Positions 25,601 to 39,149 of a DNA stretch of 64,000 nucleotides are shown piece after piece (within the stretch, counting starts at the first letter, position 1; each line of letters starts with the position of its first letter). Origin of the DNA: Styela clava (lineage: Eukaryota). A program made the position numbers and the translations under genes. The stretch spans positions 9,982,001 to 10,046,000 of the forward strand of contig NC_135260.1 of assembly GCF_964204865.1 (NCBI RefSeq). Direction: 5' to 3'. Under the pieces are notes generated by a model. That model ran no database searches. It saw nothing but the letters and a program-made list of their open reading frames with translations, and was not told the origin of the DNA.

Positions 25601-28600
25601 TTTTGCATAACTTACATCCTGTATAGCGAAGCCTATCGTCCACGTTGGCCTGCTTGGTTCACGTGCTTTTGGGGATTCTACCGGTATATCGGCAAGCGTA
25701 TACTTTGTGTATATTTAAGTTATGTTTCATTAATCATAACCAATTTATTCAGACCTAGGTTCTTGAGGATGACGTCGCATCTCAAGAATATTTATTCGTA
25801 TATATACATTGTCAAGTCCAAGTTTCATAGGGACGAAAACTCACAAAAAAGTGACAAAAACGGCGTAATTACAAACCCTACAGGCGAAAACCACTTTATA
25901 CAAGTTTAAGTGAAAACTTATTTCAAAGCAAATTGAGTTCAGCTACTGACTTGAAAAATTGGAACAAAAGATCAATTTACAAATATGTGTAAACAAAAGT
26001 AGCTACTGTAAAACCCCTAACAGTTGTTTCTTGCTCAGTTGTTCAAAATGCAATGTGCAGCATATCAAAGGAAAAATAGCTAAAAAGGAACTGTGGTCTG
26101 GTAAAGGGATGTTTCCCCTAGCATCGATTTCCATGTTCATTTCCGTAATAATGACCATTCAGCAATAAAGTAAATAGTGACGTAACAACTGCATTTGGTG
26201 CAGACGCTCAGACACTCAATTCGCTCAGTTATTCAAGCATGGTTGTAAACCTTGTCACGTCAATTTTCAGTTGTGTTTCCCGCAAATGGAGGTGAATCAA
26301 ATAACTTAAATCTCACTATGTCTCCCAAGGAGCTTTAGATTAATTCAAAAGTCAAAAATTAGTTCCCCAAACGCTGCGATGGAATAGGCTAAAATGAGTT
26401 CAACTTGTTGCATTATATATATATATAATGACTGAGCAGTAATGTCGTCAAAAATAAGCAATAGTTATCAGCACCTGAAAGCGGCGCATGGTTAAATGTT
26501 TTGAACACGTAAACCAGTTTGTATAAATTCGTAAAACATTCTCAAAATGAGTATCCGAAATTTTGCAATAGTAACGTATAGGGAGAACCTGAGTTGCACA
26601 TATTTTTTACAATCTTCAACAGAACATTGGGTCAAATTTCAGAATATGTAAATTTTTTAACGCTTCCGGCCCACTTAGACTGTTATAATAAGTATATTTG
26701 GAAGAAATTCATGTTTACATATAAATTAGGTAAAAACGTAATCGTGCTACTCATATATATCATAGAGGAAGAGCGTGAATTTAAATATATATATATATAA
26801 ACATGTTATTTTCAGCTATTAAACTTGAGTCAGAAAATCGATGCCGAAACTCAGATTCCAGATTAAATACTATTCTGAATGGGAGTTCCGCCGATTTATG
26901 CTTTGCATGTAGGCCAGTTTTTCGAGCGAGATAGTGCGTGAATGAATGATACAATATTCGCTAATTAAGACTTCCTATGAAATCTTTGAAAATTTTATTT
27001 GTTCACGAACGCTAGTTAAATCCCTCAAATTTTAATTGATGTTGCAATATCAATAAACATGATAAAATGCGTATTCAGTGACTCTCTTACGCCTCCCTAA
27101 CTCAATGAAAATCGTTACCATAAGCTGTATGACCCCATTTCTCATCATTTATTAAGCGGATGGCTTACATTAAGATCATTTTTTGGATTCAGGCTTGGTC
27201 TTATTTTCGAGGAAGCACAGTATTACAAGCTTGCGTGATGAAAACAATAAAATCGGTTAAAAATCCCACAATGCCGATATATATGTATACTTTTGCTGTA
27301 TAAATACAGGTAAAAATTGGCAGCGGCACAATCATAATGGTTCGGGGTATTATCTGCAGTAAATAAACTCGTGGTATCTTCAGTTTTCATACATATTCTT
27401 AGTGATTACAACATATGCTGCTGATATATATCAAAGAAGAATTGTATTGTTGCAAAGAGAATTCTTTATTACGGTGGTATACGTATTTAAATAGGTGCCA
27501 AGTCAGTGATTAATTATAATGGCTAGATTCCAAAGTTTTGTGTGCGCATTTATGTTTTAATATTCAGGATCGGGGCTACGACCCTTCTTAACGTCAAACT
27601 GATCGATTTTTGCACGGAAGCCAATATTCAATATTTAGCGCCTGGTTCAAAATAATTATCAAGTAATAAATATTCAGACTAAACAACGTCTTGAAAATAT
27701 ATTTAGTTTTAACAGAACATCAATAAAATAAATGAATTTATTAAGAAAAACTCAGTTTTTTAAAAAAACATTCTCCTTGACTGATCAACATAGAAATAAA
27801 TAAAAATAAAATAAGTTCGTCGATAAGAACATAAAAAGCAAGCTTGATTCGAACTCTAATTTTTGATTTTTGTAGTTTAACTAAACGCCACCAGAGCAAT
27901 ATTTAATTGTCATAACTTAAAATAAGACCTAGTCGATTGCGCGAAATTTTCCAGAGGAGAATCATTTTGAAATATTCTATATTTAGCAGTTTTTTTTAAA
28001 TAAACACGTGTTATTTATAAGTAAATGGATATCGGTTTGCATATTTTGTATATTTGTAATTCGTAATTCTCTACTTTGTAATTTTGTTTTTGATGAATGA
28101 AGATAAAAGACATCCCCCCAAATTAAGCCCTAGTGTTATTTTTCGAAAGAAAATTGAAATAAGAGCATGTCTTGTTTTATTTTTGGGGAAACACAGTAGC
28201 AAATTAGCATTAATTAATCTGTCAAGACTCCTCTTTTGTTCAGTGGTGATTGGAACAACTCAACAACGTTTCAACCAATCAAATTACGTAAATTATTGTC
28301 GTACGTTCCGGCACTGCAAAGTTTTAAATGCATTTATCGTCCTGCACTCCATAGGCATGTGACACAGGGTCGTCGGTAGAAATTTAAATATATCTTAGTT
28401 TTTTATTAATACCGTATCAACCACGGACTATATAAATACTGTGGTTAAACCGAGCAAAGTATATCTATCTAATACTTGGTATGAGGTGTGATTAAATTTT
28501 ACTGTGTGTGTAGTTTATCCTACGACTTTATACGATTTTTCCATCTTGTGGTGGGCGCTTAGGGACTGCTTGACCTCGAGGGAAAAGCGGGAGAAAAGTT

Positions 28601-31600
28601 TTATAGAATCAGTCAAATTATATTTGCACGTCTGGGCTTTGCAACGCGAAGTCTTGTATCGCGGCATTTCCATCCCATTTAACGATTTTCTGTTGCGTCC
28701 TGTAGGCTAATGAGGTCCATAATAGAGCACAGTGCCGTATTATAATAAATTTACCTATTATTTTTTGTAGAGGATTTTTCTATCGATTAGTTCTCTATGG
28801 GACTAATTAATTATCCTTATTCTATGCTTTGCGCCGATGGATCCGTATACATCTAATGCAGGGATGCTGTAGCAAGAGCGAAGATAACTATCCTACGTGA
28901 TTCAAGAGTCTTGCTGCACAATAACACTAATGTATTTCTGTAGCATTTCGTCTGAACAATGTCAGACTTTCTCAGACAAATAGTATTCAACTACTTCTGG
29001 TAGAGTTCAACTACCTTGGTTAGAGGAAACGTTACAAAAATATATTTGTGTTAGTGTGCAGCAAGACTCTTGAATCACTTAGAATTCGTTTTTTTTTTGT
29101 TTTTGTTTTTTTCAAAGCGAAATTGGGATGTCCAAAAAAAGCAAATTTAAAATTACTGACTCGGGAAAAGTTGTCATTTTATTCCAATTTGGTTGCTTTC
29201 AGCTGAGAAATCAGTATTTGAAGTAGATTTTGCAAGCAATGTAAAATCTGTTCTATATCACATCTTTTGCAAACTATATGCATTTACATTATTTGAAATT
29301 GAACTCAACTGCAATACAGAATTGTAAAAAGGGCAATGCCTTCTGTATTGGTGGAGAAAAATAAAAATCGTGTGCTGTACTGACTGTATATAAAATCTAT
29401 TTATTTTAACCTTGTATAACGAGTCTGAGGAGTTGATTCTATTAAAATCAAATTAGAATTTAAAAGCTTAATGCATGTAAATCAAGCACTTTTCAATCAT
29501 GTTCATATTCGCCAAGCGCCGATTTTTAAATGGAATAATCAATCAACTACGGTAAATCCATAGGTTGAAGAATAACTTTTTGTGGTTAGACTAACTTTTA
29601 AGAATCGATGCGCTGTAACATAATGACTGTCATTCACATGAGCGAGATTTTGTGTCTTCTCACATCAGATTTTGCATAAGTTTCGAACAAATATAATCTA
29701 CTCAATTTACGAGGTTGTTAATTTACCAACTCACAGGAAATTCATTCTAGATTAACCGACTTTTATTCACTTATTTCAGTATCTAATGTAAGTAGATAAA
29801 TCTTTCTTTTCAAGGGCTTGTAAAAAAGATCACAAAATTACAGTTTGGGAAGGAGGCCATGGCGACTCGGGGATGTCCAAAACGAAACGAGTATTCGAAT
29901 ACATTCGAAATTGGTTTTATTCGATTTTGTAAATTCTTGATTTTAGAAATAGTTTAGAATATTTTCATTTGAAAATGTCTTTTTAATCATTCATTATTTT
30001 ATTATAGACAAAAAATTTGTTATCTTCTGATAGAATAAAATGAAAAATACTAATTAGAACAATGTTTATCTCAATTATTCTGCCAACTTTGCCAACTAAC
30101 TTTGATATCTAAGAATTTACAAATGTATTAAAGAATTTCTGTTGTGTAGCATACCCATTTCAGAATATATTCGATATTCCATATTAAAATGTATTCAAAA
30201 TACTAAATTATTCGGTTTTGACCATCCCTACCCTAACAAAAACGTTTCAGGGGTGAAAGAAAGATCGGTTTTCTACATTGAATGGAAATATTCATGAACG
30301 ATGCTTCTGAATTAAATTTTGAATGCGGTAGTGCACGTTTAAAATTGATATTTCTCCCTAATTTATGTCTCCTTTCTGTGAGTCACCATAACTTTCCTCG
30401 ATTCCGCTAGGGAATAAAATGATTTCACTTATTTGACTTGTTTGTGAGGTCTGGTTGTCACTGATAACGGTCAAAATTTTTTGGTGTACAAAATCAGGAA
30501 GATTGTCTATAGGGAAATCAATAAATGCAACGTCGTCAAGCAAGAAATATATTTTCACACAATTCACAAAAATTTTATGATATCGTGAAAGGCTCAACTT
30601 CGAATAGCTTTAACCTATATGAAAGTATTGTATTTTCTTTCTTTGATAGATTGTGGAAGTTTTTCTTCATCCAAGCGAGCAATTTTTTTCCCAGAAAAAG
30701 AAGGTTCTATTTTGTCCTGGACAGTAAAAAATGAAGGCTTAAAAATTCAGTGTATACCCTATTTTTTCTCGTCATTTATTAATGTACAGAATTTACAAAA
30801 AAAAAATCAATAGCCAAAAATTTTCACTAATTTATAAAAAATACCATCGGTTTTCTATTCAGAGAGATGTTTATTAAAAACTTGCTTTTGATTAAAACAA
30901 GATCTGAGACCCTTAAACCAATTCTGTCAGAATTATATCTCAGTTATGTATTTCAGGAATTGCAAATCTTTCTCGGTAAAACATCTTTAATGAAAAAGTA
31001 ATTTTATAAGATTAGACATGCTAATGGCCAAGAACACTATTCGATTGGGTGTAGCGCATTATTGATTTTCCATTTTTATCCTATCTCTGTCACTCAGTTA
31101 CATAATTCGCATCTATTTTATGACGTCATACTACACTGTTTTCGTGCGCTGGTTTACCTGAATATTGTCAGAAAACATGACCAAACGGAAGTATTGGCCT
31201 TTTGAAAAGTCACCCATGGCGTTTGATAAATGTCGACTGATGTTCATGCAGGTGGGCTACGAAAACTACGAAAAATTCTTAAAATAGATATCTGGCAATT
31301 TCAGTACTAAGAAATAACGTAAGTAATTCTTGTGATATCTGAAAAAACGCTTTTACGAACAATGATTTTCTTCGGGTATTATACAATGTATACAAAATCA
31401 AGACCAACAACAAAATGCATGCAATAATCGATTTTTCTAACAACAACAATTAAAACCTACACAACAACAATTAAGCAAAATTTTCGATATGTATACGTTC
31501 CCAAACATAAAAAAATCGAGAATGGGATATGCGAGAAAGTCTCTTGATCATTGCGCAAAAAAGTCGATTATCGGTAGGATTATCGAACACTATTCTATGA

Positions 31601-34600
31601 TGGTGACAACCCCCAGTGACGTAAGAAGGCAAGGATTTTGTGGATATTTTTAGTACGTGTGGAATTACGCATTGATTCCAGATTAAATTCCTTTTTCTAA
31701 ACCTGCTAAGCGTTGAACATAGTAAAGATGTTTTTATATATTGGTATTTTCTAGTTAATAGAAAGCAGAACAATCGGATCTGATTTGGTGACAAAATTAG
31801 GAATTTAACAGTTGAGAGTATTTCACAGATAACAGAAAACTTGCACGAGTAGATGAAAAAGATAAAAAAAAATGCAAAATACATTACTGCCCTTTTTATG
31901 ACTATGTTCCACACCTGTCCCAATTGTATGAAGATTTCTTTATACGTATTCTCCTACCGTATGCCAGAGTATCATATCTATTCTAATCCTGAGCATCGCC
32001 TGATTCCCCGTTCATATGCTTACTTGTTCCACCATATGTTCCTGACGTAACTCAGAGCAGTGGAATAAATGGGAAAAGTAGGACATGACATATTTGAGAC
32101 ACCAGTCATATTGGTACATTTTTCGATATATTTTATAACATAAGAATAGTCTACTCTAAAACCAAAGAACAGTTTGGCCGTCGTCCTTCTGTTCACTTTC
32201 CAGTACTAGTAGTGGGGATGTTTTCGATGATAACTTTGGCGAAAGCGCGTCCTTTAGTTTCATGCATTTGCCATTGCTTCCAATTTTGTTATATATCTAA
32301 ATAGATATAATTTTCAATATTACTACAATTTCCCATCAGAATAGCCAGTTTTACGGAGAGTCGTGAATGTAATTAACTGAATTAGAGATTGGATTTTTAA
32401 GAATCAATTTTATCTGAACCAAGACGGAAATCTACAATCAACTACAGTGGTCACTATTTTCAATCAATACTTTTCTTCGCCGGCAATCGCGCAAGGCGGA
32501 TATTTTTACAGCCAAAAGCCGTACCGTTTTTACAGTCGTAGAAGTTTGCAACTACTCCTTGTAGTTCTATTCTTGTTATGGTAGTTGGATAGGGATTCGT
32601 ACGCTTTAGCGCAACAGAAGGTAGTTGAAAATATCTTACTCACTGCCTACGTCATCTTTTCATAAAATTGTATGTGGAGTGGTCGAGGCTAAACGAACCC
32701 ATTAGAAACACCTTCGGGAATAGTAAATAAACATTAGATAGATCTAAAATACCCAACAATGATAAATTTTAAATATCTGTTGTTGAAAATAAAAATGTGT
32801 GTTCCTTTTTTAAATCGTATGCTGTAGCTCAATTTTGACAAATTCCTCGACGAAAAAATATTTTTACATATATATATCTACCCACATTTTTTAATTCGTA
32901 TGCCAACGATTAATATTGTAGCATTCGTTTTAAAAACAATACATCTGGGAAAGATTACGTGCATTCTAAAAAGCATTTTTGGCACATAAAATTTTAATAT
33001 TTTTAGTATGTATACAGTCCGTATGTGTATTTGAGTGACGCTAGAATGACCATTTGGCCGATTTAAGCATGTTTGTGCTTGAATATATAGTTAAATTTCA
33101 CATGAAAGGTAGTTCTATACTGACCTTTTCTTCAGACAGGATGGAAGATCAAATTATTGAATAAAGTAATTTTCCAGGTATTTTGTTCGTCATCATTTCA
33201 ATACAGGTCGGAGCATTATTATTACATGCCATGCTGGGTTTACCTCAGATAGCGTTCTCCTTTCAATGTCATTATGTTAATATAGATTTTTCCATGCTCA
33301 TGAGTAATCAATTGACTTTTAGAGCAAAGATTGAATCATGGCTGACTTTACTTCTAGAAAATTAGTTGCATATACATATATTTTTCATTGAATCTAGAAA
33401 CAATATATTGTTGCAACGATGTACGATAACGAGAGTACTGCAATAACGAACATATCTGAGACGAGTCATCACAAACTTACTCCATTTATGATTATCCATG
33501 TTTAGTACCAACTAGGAACTTTGTTCAATTGAATTTCCATTGTGCCAAGCAAGGGCGCGATGTTTCAATAATGCAAATTTGAACTGTTTTGGGAATTTTT
33601 TTGTATTCCTTTAAATTTGAATATCGATGTTCTGACGGGAAGGGTGTCTGAACTCGTCAAGTACATTATCCGAAATCAGCTTACGGAAATTAATAACATA
33701 TATATTAAAATGATATAGTTTTACAATAAATTATATTCAAATTTCTGATAAATTGATTCGAAATAATGTAGAAGTAGATAAAGTAGATTTTCATCTTACT
33801 TTAATTATACTGTGACTACTACTTCTTCGAAAATATGTGAATGCGTTCTTTCCAATCTGGAACTCTGTCAACGATAATAACAAGCTGATTCAAAAACAGT
33901 CGGACTTCTTCAGACATTCATGATTCCACTATATTTTACTACTAATTGACCAACAACTACTAATTAGGTTGAATTATGTATGTCTGAGGAAGTCTGACTT
34001 AAAATATTTTTGTGTTAGTGTGCGGCTAAGGCTCTTGTTCACTTAAATTAGTCACCTTCAATCTTACTTCAGCATCCTTGTTTGTTTTACGCATATGTAT
34101 CCACCGACACAAAAGCATAGAAGAAGGATAGGTAGTTAGTCTCGCAGAAACCAAATTAATAGCACACTTTACTAAGAGTCATTTTTAATTTATACTGTTT
34201 ATATTTTAGATCCGCAAACTCAAAACAAGGACGATTACAGAGAACCCAAGCCTTATTTCTGACAATTTATTTATTGCAATGGTATCAACGCTCTTCTGTT
34301 TTCTACCACTCGGCATAGTAGCACTTTACTACACATGGAAGGTAATCAAGTATTTATTTTTTCAATTGGAAGAAACGTTGGTGGATCTGACTATACCAAA
34401 CTAGATGACCACAAGCTTATATTTGATATTTGTTTCATCGCAGTCATTTCCATCGAATAACGAAACAAAAAATTATATATAAAATCAGAAGAAATAGTTT
34501 TTCTTAATTAAATGATATTAAATAGATGAAATGTGTAATTTTCTTTTTTTTCTAATAATACCGTGTTTCCCTAAAAATAAGACCTAGACTGAATTTTAAA

Positions 34601-35726
34601 AATGATTTTAATAAAAGCTCTCCGCTTAAAATAAGACCTAGTATTTTACGCGAATTATTTTTTGACCTAGTAGATAGCAAGAAATCTCACCTGCGCGTAT
34701 TAAATGATTGATAATCTATGTTTTGCAGGTATTTTGACTAAAAACGTGTTATTTATAAGTAAATGGATATCGGTTTGCATATTTCGTATATTTGAAAATC
34801 TCGTAATTCTCAACTTTATAATTTTGTTTTTGATAAATGAAAATGTAAGACATTTCCCGAAAATAAGCCCTAGTGTATTTTTTCGGAAGAAAATTGAAAT
34901 AAGACCCTGTCTTATTTTCGGGAAAGCACGGTAAGCGGTATCTGAATAAGTATTGAAAATCCTCAATTTTTGTATCAAACGAAATATTTAATTACTTTAT
35001 TATTGTCGCGGTTGAATTTATTGTGTTTGATTTAAATGCTAACAATATTCTTGCATTCAACGGTTATGTACTTCAGTTTTTGAAAAAAAATTGTGAAGGA
35101 TATATTACGTGTGTTGTAAAATTGATTGCTCGAATAGAATGTTGATGCACTTAAAATATAAGACTATAAAATTTATCTGATAGCTAAGTTTTTGTGTGTT
35201 TTGGTGGATTTTGAACTCACGTTGGCAGAATTACCCTCTTCGTTCAATTTAATGTGGTGGAAAATCTCATGCGATAATATCTAATCTAATTACGAGTCTT
35301 TTTAATTAAGCGACCGATCATCCGTGCCTTGAATTTATCAAAGAATCATTTTCAATTAACAACAACGACATGATAACATTCAGTATGCATAGCTTGGGTT
35401 AAAGTTTTATACCAGGTCCATACATTATCGGCGGATACTTGTCAAAATAGTATGAAAAAGGGACGTATCTGATATTTTAAAAAACATAGCTAACATATTT
35501 TCGTTTCAATTATGGTAATTAAATTTTCCAGGTGCAGAAGTCGCTGTCAGAAAATAAGATCGACGATGCCAGACTTTATTCATTAAAAGGAAGGAAATTC
35601 GCCAACACCGGTATCATGATGGGAATAACGGGTCTCGCCCTGGTAGTTCTGATTTTATTAGTCAAAGACAACGTGCCGTATTCATCATTGGAATACGATT
35701 ATTATTTGCCAGATGTAGCAGTGTGA
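22697..35726 (+). CDS. CD225/dispanin family (SynDIG1/PRRT-like) membrane protein, ~365 aa, long disordered N-terminus
   Basis: Exons 22697-23467, 34210-34341, 35532-35726, all phase 0 and GT-AG. Exons 2-3 encode DNLFIAMVSTLFCFLPLGIVALYYTWK|VQKSLSENKIDDARLYSLKGRKFANTGIMMG plus a TM helix, the CD225 pattern. Joining exon 1 across 10.7 kb is inferred from phase and continuity (RRKRANK|IRKLK). The start could be 22742. Confidence 0.8.
23510..23853. mobile_element. Helentron-associated (HINE/DINE-1-like) non-autonomous element
   Basis: ACAGACAGACA microsatellite followed by a terminal stem-loop TACTTACCGATC-GA-GATCGATAAGTA (23826-23851). The 5' boundary is approximate. Confidence 0.5.
24163..24854. 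mobile_element. Possible Tc1/mariner-type MITE
   Basis: CAGTGGCCGCAGAAAG at 24163 and an imperfect inverted copy CTTTCTGCGGTTCCGCTA ending at ~24854. Confidence 0.35.
25018..25220. repeat. MITE-like element with ~15-bp subterminal tandem repeats
   Basis: GGAAAATTCGCCG at the left is inverted to CGGCGAATTTTCC at the right. Four tandem GCGGCGAnATTTCCn-like units at ~25152-25213. Confidence 0.55.
27915..28198 (+). mobile_element. pogo/Tc2-type MITE, partial copy of the 34561-34931 family
   Basis: Shares GTGTTATTTATAAGTAAATGGATATCGGTTTGCATATTT..AAGCCCTAGTGT..AAAATTGAAATAAGA with 34561-34931 and ends GGGGAAACACAG-TA. A further end fragment lies at ~27170-27222. Confidence 0.8.
28780..29078. repeat. 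Foldback (long inverted repeat) element, copy A
   Basis: GTGATTCAAGAGTCTTGCTGCACA (28897) is inverted to TGTGCAGCAAGACTCTTGAATCAC (ends 29078), with imperfect arms of ~50 bp. The left flank matches the reverse complement of ~34040-34162. Confidence 0.8.
29868..30230. mobile_element. MITE with GGGATG-type termini (hAT/Ac-like)
   Basis: GGGATGTCCAAAACGAA and TTCGGTTTTGACCATCCC are imperfect inverted repeats with TATTCG subterminal repeats. No TSD visible. Confidence 0.5.
33897..34162. repeat. Foldback element, copy B (inverted relative to copy A)
   Basis: Internal inverted repeat AGTCGGACTTCTTCAGACAT / ATGTCTGAGGAAGTCTGACT, followed by TTTGTGTTAGTGTGCGGC..CTCTTGTTCAC..CAGCATCC..AAAGCATAGAA.AAGGATA, homologous to copy A. 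Confidence 0.7.
34561..34931 (+). mobile_element. pogo/Tc2-type MITE, full-length, TA TSD
   Basis: TA-CCGTGTTTCCCTAAAAATAAGAC ... GTCTTATTTTCGGGAAAGCACGG-TA. At least three related copies elsewhere in the window. Confidence 0.85.
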
Positions 35727-37299
35727 TCTAATATTGATTTAAAAAAAACGCAGTGAATTCACAAAAAACCTCGCTGTAATATTAGTATCATACAAAATCC
35801 TATTTAAAAGCTTGCTCTAGTTATTTCACCAGTATTTGGTATTACTTTCATAACGTGTTCTGTTTATGCCGTAAATCATTTTGCCATTAGGGTAAGTTAA
35901 GAAAGTATTTGAAATTAAATTTATTGAATCTGTAACATGATTGGTTGTATATCACAATTGATAAAAATAGAAATATATTATGTTGATTATCTATCGCAAA
36001 TTACCCCGCCTAGACTGCTGAATTCTATTGTGTGTCACTTTTGACTGCAGTGAAAATGAGCGTTGTCTAAATATTTGTCAGGGTATCAATAAGAGTCAAG
36101 ACGGTTATGTTTTGAAAATTTGGGTAACCCAAATAGAAATTTATTTGTAACAAAACTTGTGAATTTCATTTCTTATATTTATTTTATAAATCAACTATTT
36201 TTAAGCGCTTTAGCGACACAGTTTGTTTAATGACTTTACTGCACAACTGTGGTTGAAATTACGAAAGTAATTAGATAATTTATTGATGATTAAATCCGAG
36301 CCGAAGTGAAATTTCTATTTTGTTCAATTGAATGACCGGAAATAAATTTTGTTTGTCATTTATTAAAACAAATGATTTTTGATTATTTTGATTAATGGTT
36401 TTCTGGAAAAATCGATATTGAAGTCTCCCATAGGTATACTCGTCGAATACTATTAGAACTATGCAGTATTGTTTCTGATATTTTGCGATGCGAGCACATG
36501 CAGCCAGAGGGGATTAGTTCCAAATAGCCTGCCTTTTCCCTTTTGCTGAATTGCAAAATAACATAGATTCTTAGTAAATATAACAAGAGCTGAAAAGGTA
36601 AACCAATTTTTGAAGTCAAGACAACGAAGAAATTTTTCAGAAATTGGAAAATGATAGCAGCGAATTTGTAGTGTTTATAGTAGAGAAAACCATGGAATTG
36701 CTCGGCGGCATCGGTTATCTGAACAAGCAGGAAATCACTGCAACCTCAAAAGAATCCAGATTTAGACTGTTTCCGCAAAAACACCTTTCAAGTTCAACAT
36801 TTTTTAAATAGATTTAATTGCGAAATAATGCCAGTTTCCACTCGTTTACCCAATTCTGATTCAAAAGCTCACCTAATCAGCAAAGGTTGGCCAAACTCAC
36901 TGTACCACCACGTCTTATTTTTTGATTTAGGATTTTTATAACAAACTTTACAAATATACTGGCACATTCATCTTTTTATTCATTCAAAAACATTTAAATA
37001 GTGATTTTTACATACAGCATTGCACTTGATTGTGTAGCTGCGCAAAATATCGAACTGTTGTGTCTTGGGCAGTGCCTAAATGTAGATTGGGATCATATGC
37101 CTAATCATATTCGTGAGTGTTCCGCTACAATCGTGACCGGACAAAACGACGTCGACCTTACTTAAAATATCTACAAACAACAACACGCTTTTGCTGGCAT
37201 AGAAATGTAAAATAAATCTCGGATAGAAAACTATTTATCACCAAATAAAGTGCACTACAGCATTCATGTGAATCTGTACGATAGGCTGTAGTTAAATTC

Positions 37300-38496
37300 A
37301 ACAAAAGAGCGATGCTCAGATATATGGACACGAAAGCCAAAACGAAGTAGCACGGGCATGCCATCTGCCACAGTAGACTACCAGTACCGCATCTTTCCGA
37401 TTTCGCCTGACCACGAGATAGAAGCGAATGCGGAACCGCCACAAGGTTCGCAATCCCATAGAGCAGGGGTGTGCAAAAAGCGGCCCGCGGGTTAAATGCG
37501 GCCCACGAGGACAAATTGTGCGGCCCGCGGAGAAGTGCCAATTTTGAATGGTGTGCGGCAAGCTAAATTAATTTTTAATTTAGTTTGATCTGGTTCCCTT
37601 TGCGTTGCGAAGCTTATATTCGAGTCCAATTTATTATCTATGCCTATGACGTTACAACGTCCCCACAGCGAAGCGAACAACGCGATCCACAAGGAAGCTG
37701 TCCCTTGCCGAGCAGCGAACAATTGAAAGAAAAATGCGGAGCAGACGCTAATGAATTTGTAAAAACGGACAATTGAAGATTAGGCTACTGGAAAGCAGTT
37801 TGAAAAAATGTAATATTAAGAGATACAAAAGCTAAATGAGTTTTGGTTCCAGCCTTCCAAAGTATTTGGAATGAATCTTGGCGTATTATACCGAGAACAT
37901 CTCAACTAAGATAACTTTCCACATTTGAAAAAAGTCATGGCTTCAAATATGGCACTTTTCGGTTACATATCTTTATTTTAAATGGGCGTCATATCAAATT
38001 GCTAGCACTTCCATTTAAGCAAATTTGAATAAAAGTAGTCAGGAAAAGAATCCAGCAGCAAATTTCTCACCGAATTCGTTTAAAATGGGTGTGACATTAT
38101 AATTGGATTACAGTTTTAAGATATTTATGCGTTTTCTGTAAAGACCCCTTATGATGACAACATGAGATCAATAACAAAAAAAACTATTTTGTGCCTGCAA
38201 CTAATATAAAGCCTATGTTAAATGAAGGTGCGGCCCGCGGTTTTGCCCAGTTATTGATATTTGGCCCGCCTGCGAAAAAGGTTGCACACCCCTGCCATAG
38301 AGTTCACGGAAATTTAAAAAAAAAAAAAGTAATAGTCTCTAGCGTAGAATACACTACCGAAAATTTTAAAGCAATTGGTCCTGTAGTTAATTAGAATTAA
38401 TTTTTTCACAACAAGAAGAAGGAAAAATACTAATAAGATGGTCAACAACAACATAATAACAAAAACGATCCATAGGTCCATTTCGTGTCCAATAAT
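37300..38496 (+). mobile_element. Dispersed repeat family X (Helentron/HINE-like), copy 1, interrupted by a hAT element
   Basis: Starts AACAAAAGAGCGATGCTCAGATATATGGACACGAAA and ends CATAGGTCCATTTCGTGTCCAATAAT, giving an asymmetric inverted repeat TGGACACGAAA/TTTCGTGTCCA. Four copies in the window. Confidence 0.75.
37464..38294. mobile_element. Non-autonomous hAT transposon, 831 bp, perfect 8-bp TSD
   Basis: CAGGGGTGTGCAA ... TTGCACACCCCTG, flanked by CCATAGAG (37456-37463 and 38295-38302). GCGGCCCGC subterminal repeats. Confidence 0.93.
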
Positions 38497-39149
38497 CATT
38501 GACGATGCATGAAGTTCGAAATGAAAGCGAGTGACATCAAGTCACCATTTGCTATTGTTTCTAGCGAAATTTAAATGCGCGCCATGAGACGCCGGCAAGA
38601 TGTAAACCCAGTGCTGCTATTGTCGTTGAAGCATCAGTGCACAACCTAACGGAAATGTGAAACTAGTATAATCACATATTTTTGTTGTGGAGAACTACTA
38701 TTTAAAAACAAGCAAACACTGTCTACTCATCCTATCAACACCAGAATAGCAGGCCCCAAATTTCGAGTCGAAAATTTTGGTATTACATTATCCTATAACT
38801 TAAGTAAAATCATACTGCTGTGTAATGATTATTCATTATTGAATCAATTTTTATATTATTTATTTGTACATCAACGATAAAAGTATAGATATCTTTCCAT
38901 AGAAAATTGCGCAATCAGATTACGGTAATATGTTTTCAAATACATACAAAATCATCATTTGAAATTGTCTCAGATTATTCATATAGTAATTGCATAGACA
39001 GTGCAGATATATATTTCAATTTTCTGGAGCACTAAATGATTCTATTCTATCAGCAAATAGTAAATTTTCTTCTTTATGGGTTGGTGATCATTGTTCGTGA
39101 AGCTCAACTAGACCTTCCAAGCAGTTCACGTTTCCCTTCAAAAATCTTC

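Noticed and set aside
30358-30730. Coding-like minus-strand sequence inside the CD225 intron (possible nested gene or pseudogene)
   Set aside because: Multiple stops, no recognisable motif and no consistent exon chain.
31471-31923. 150 aa minus-strand ORF
   Set aside because: F/I/L/K-rich composition typical of AT-rich non-coding DNA, with no splice or domain support.
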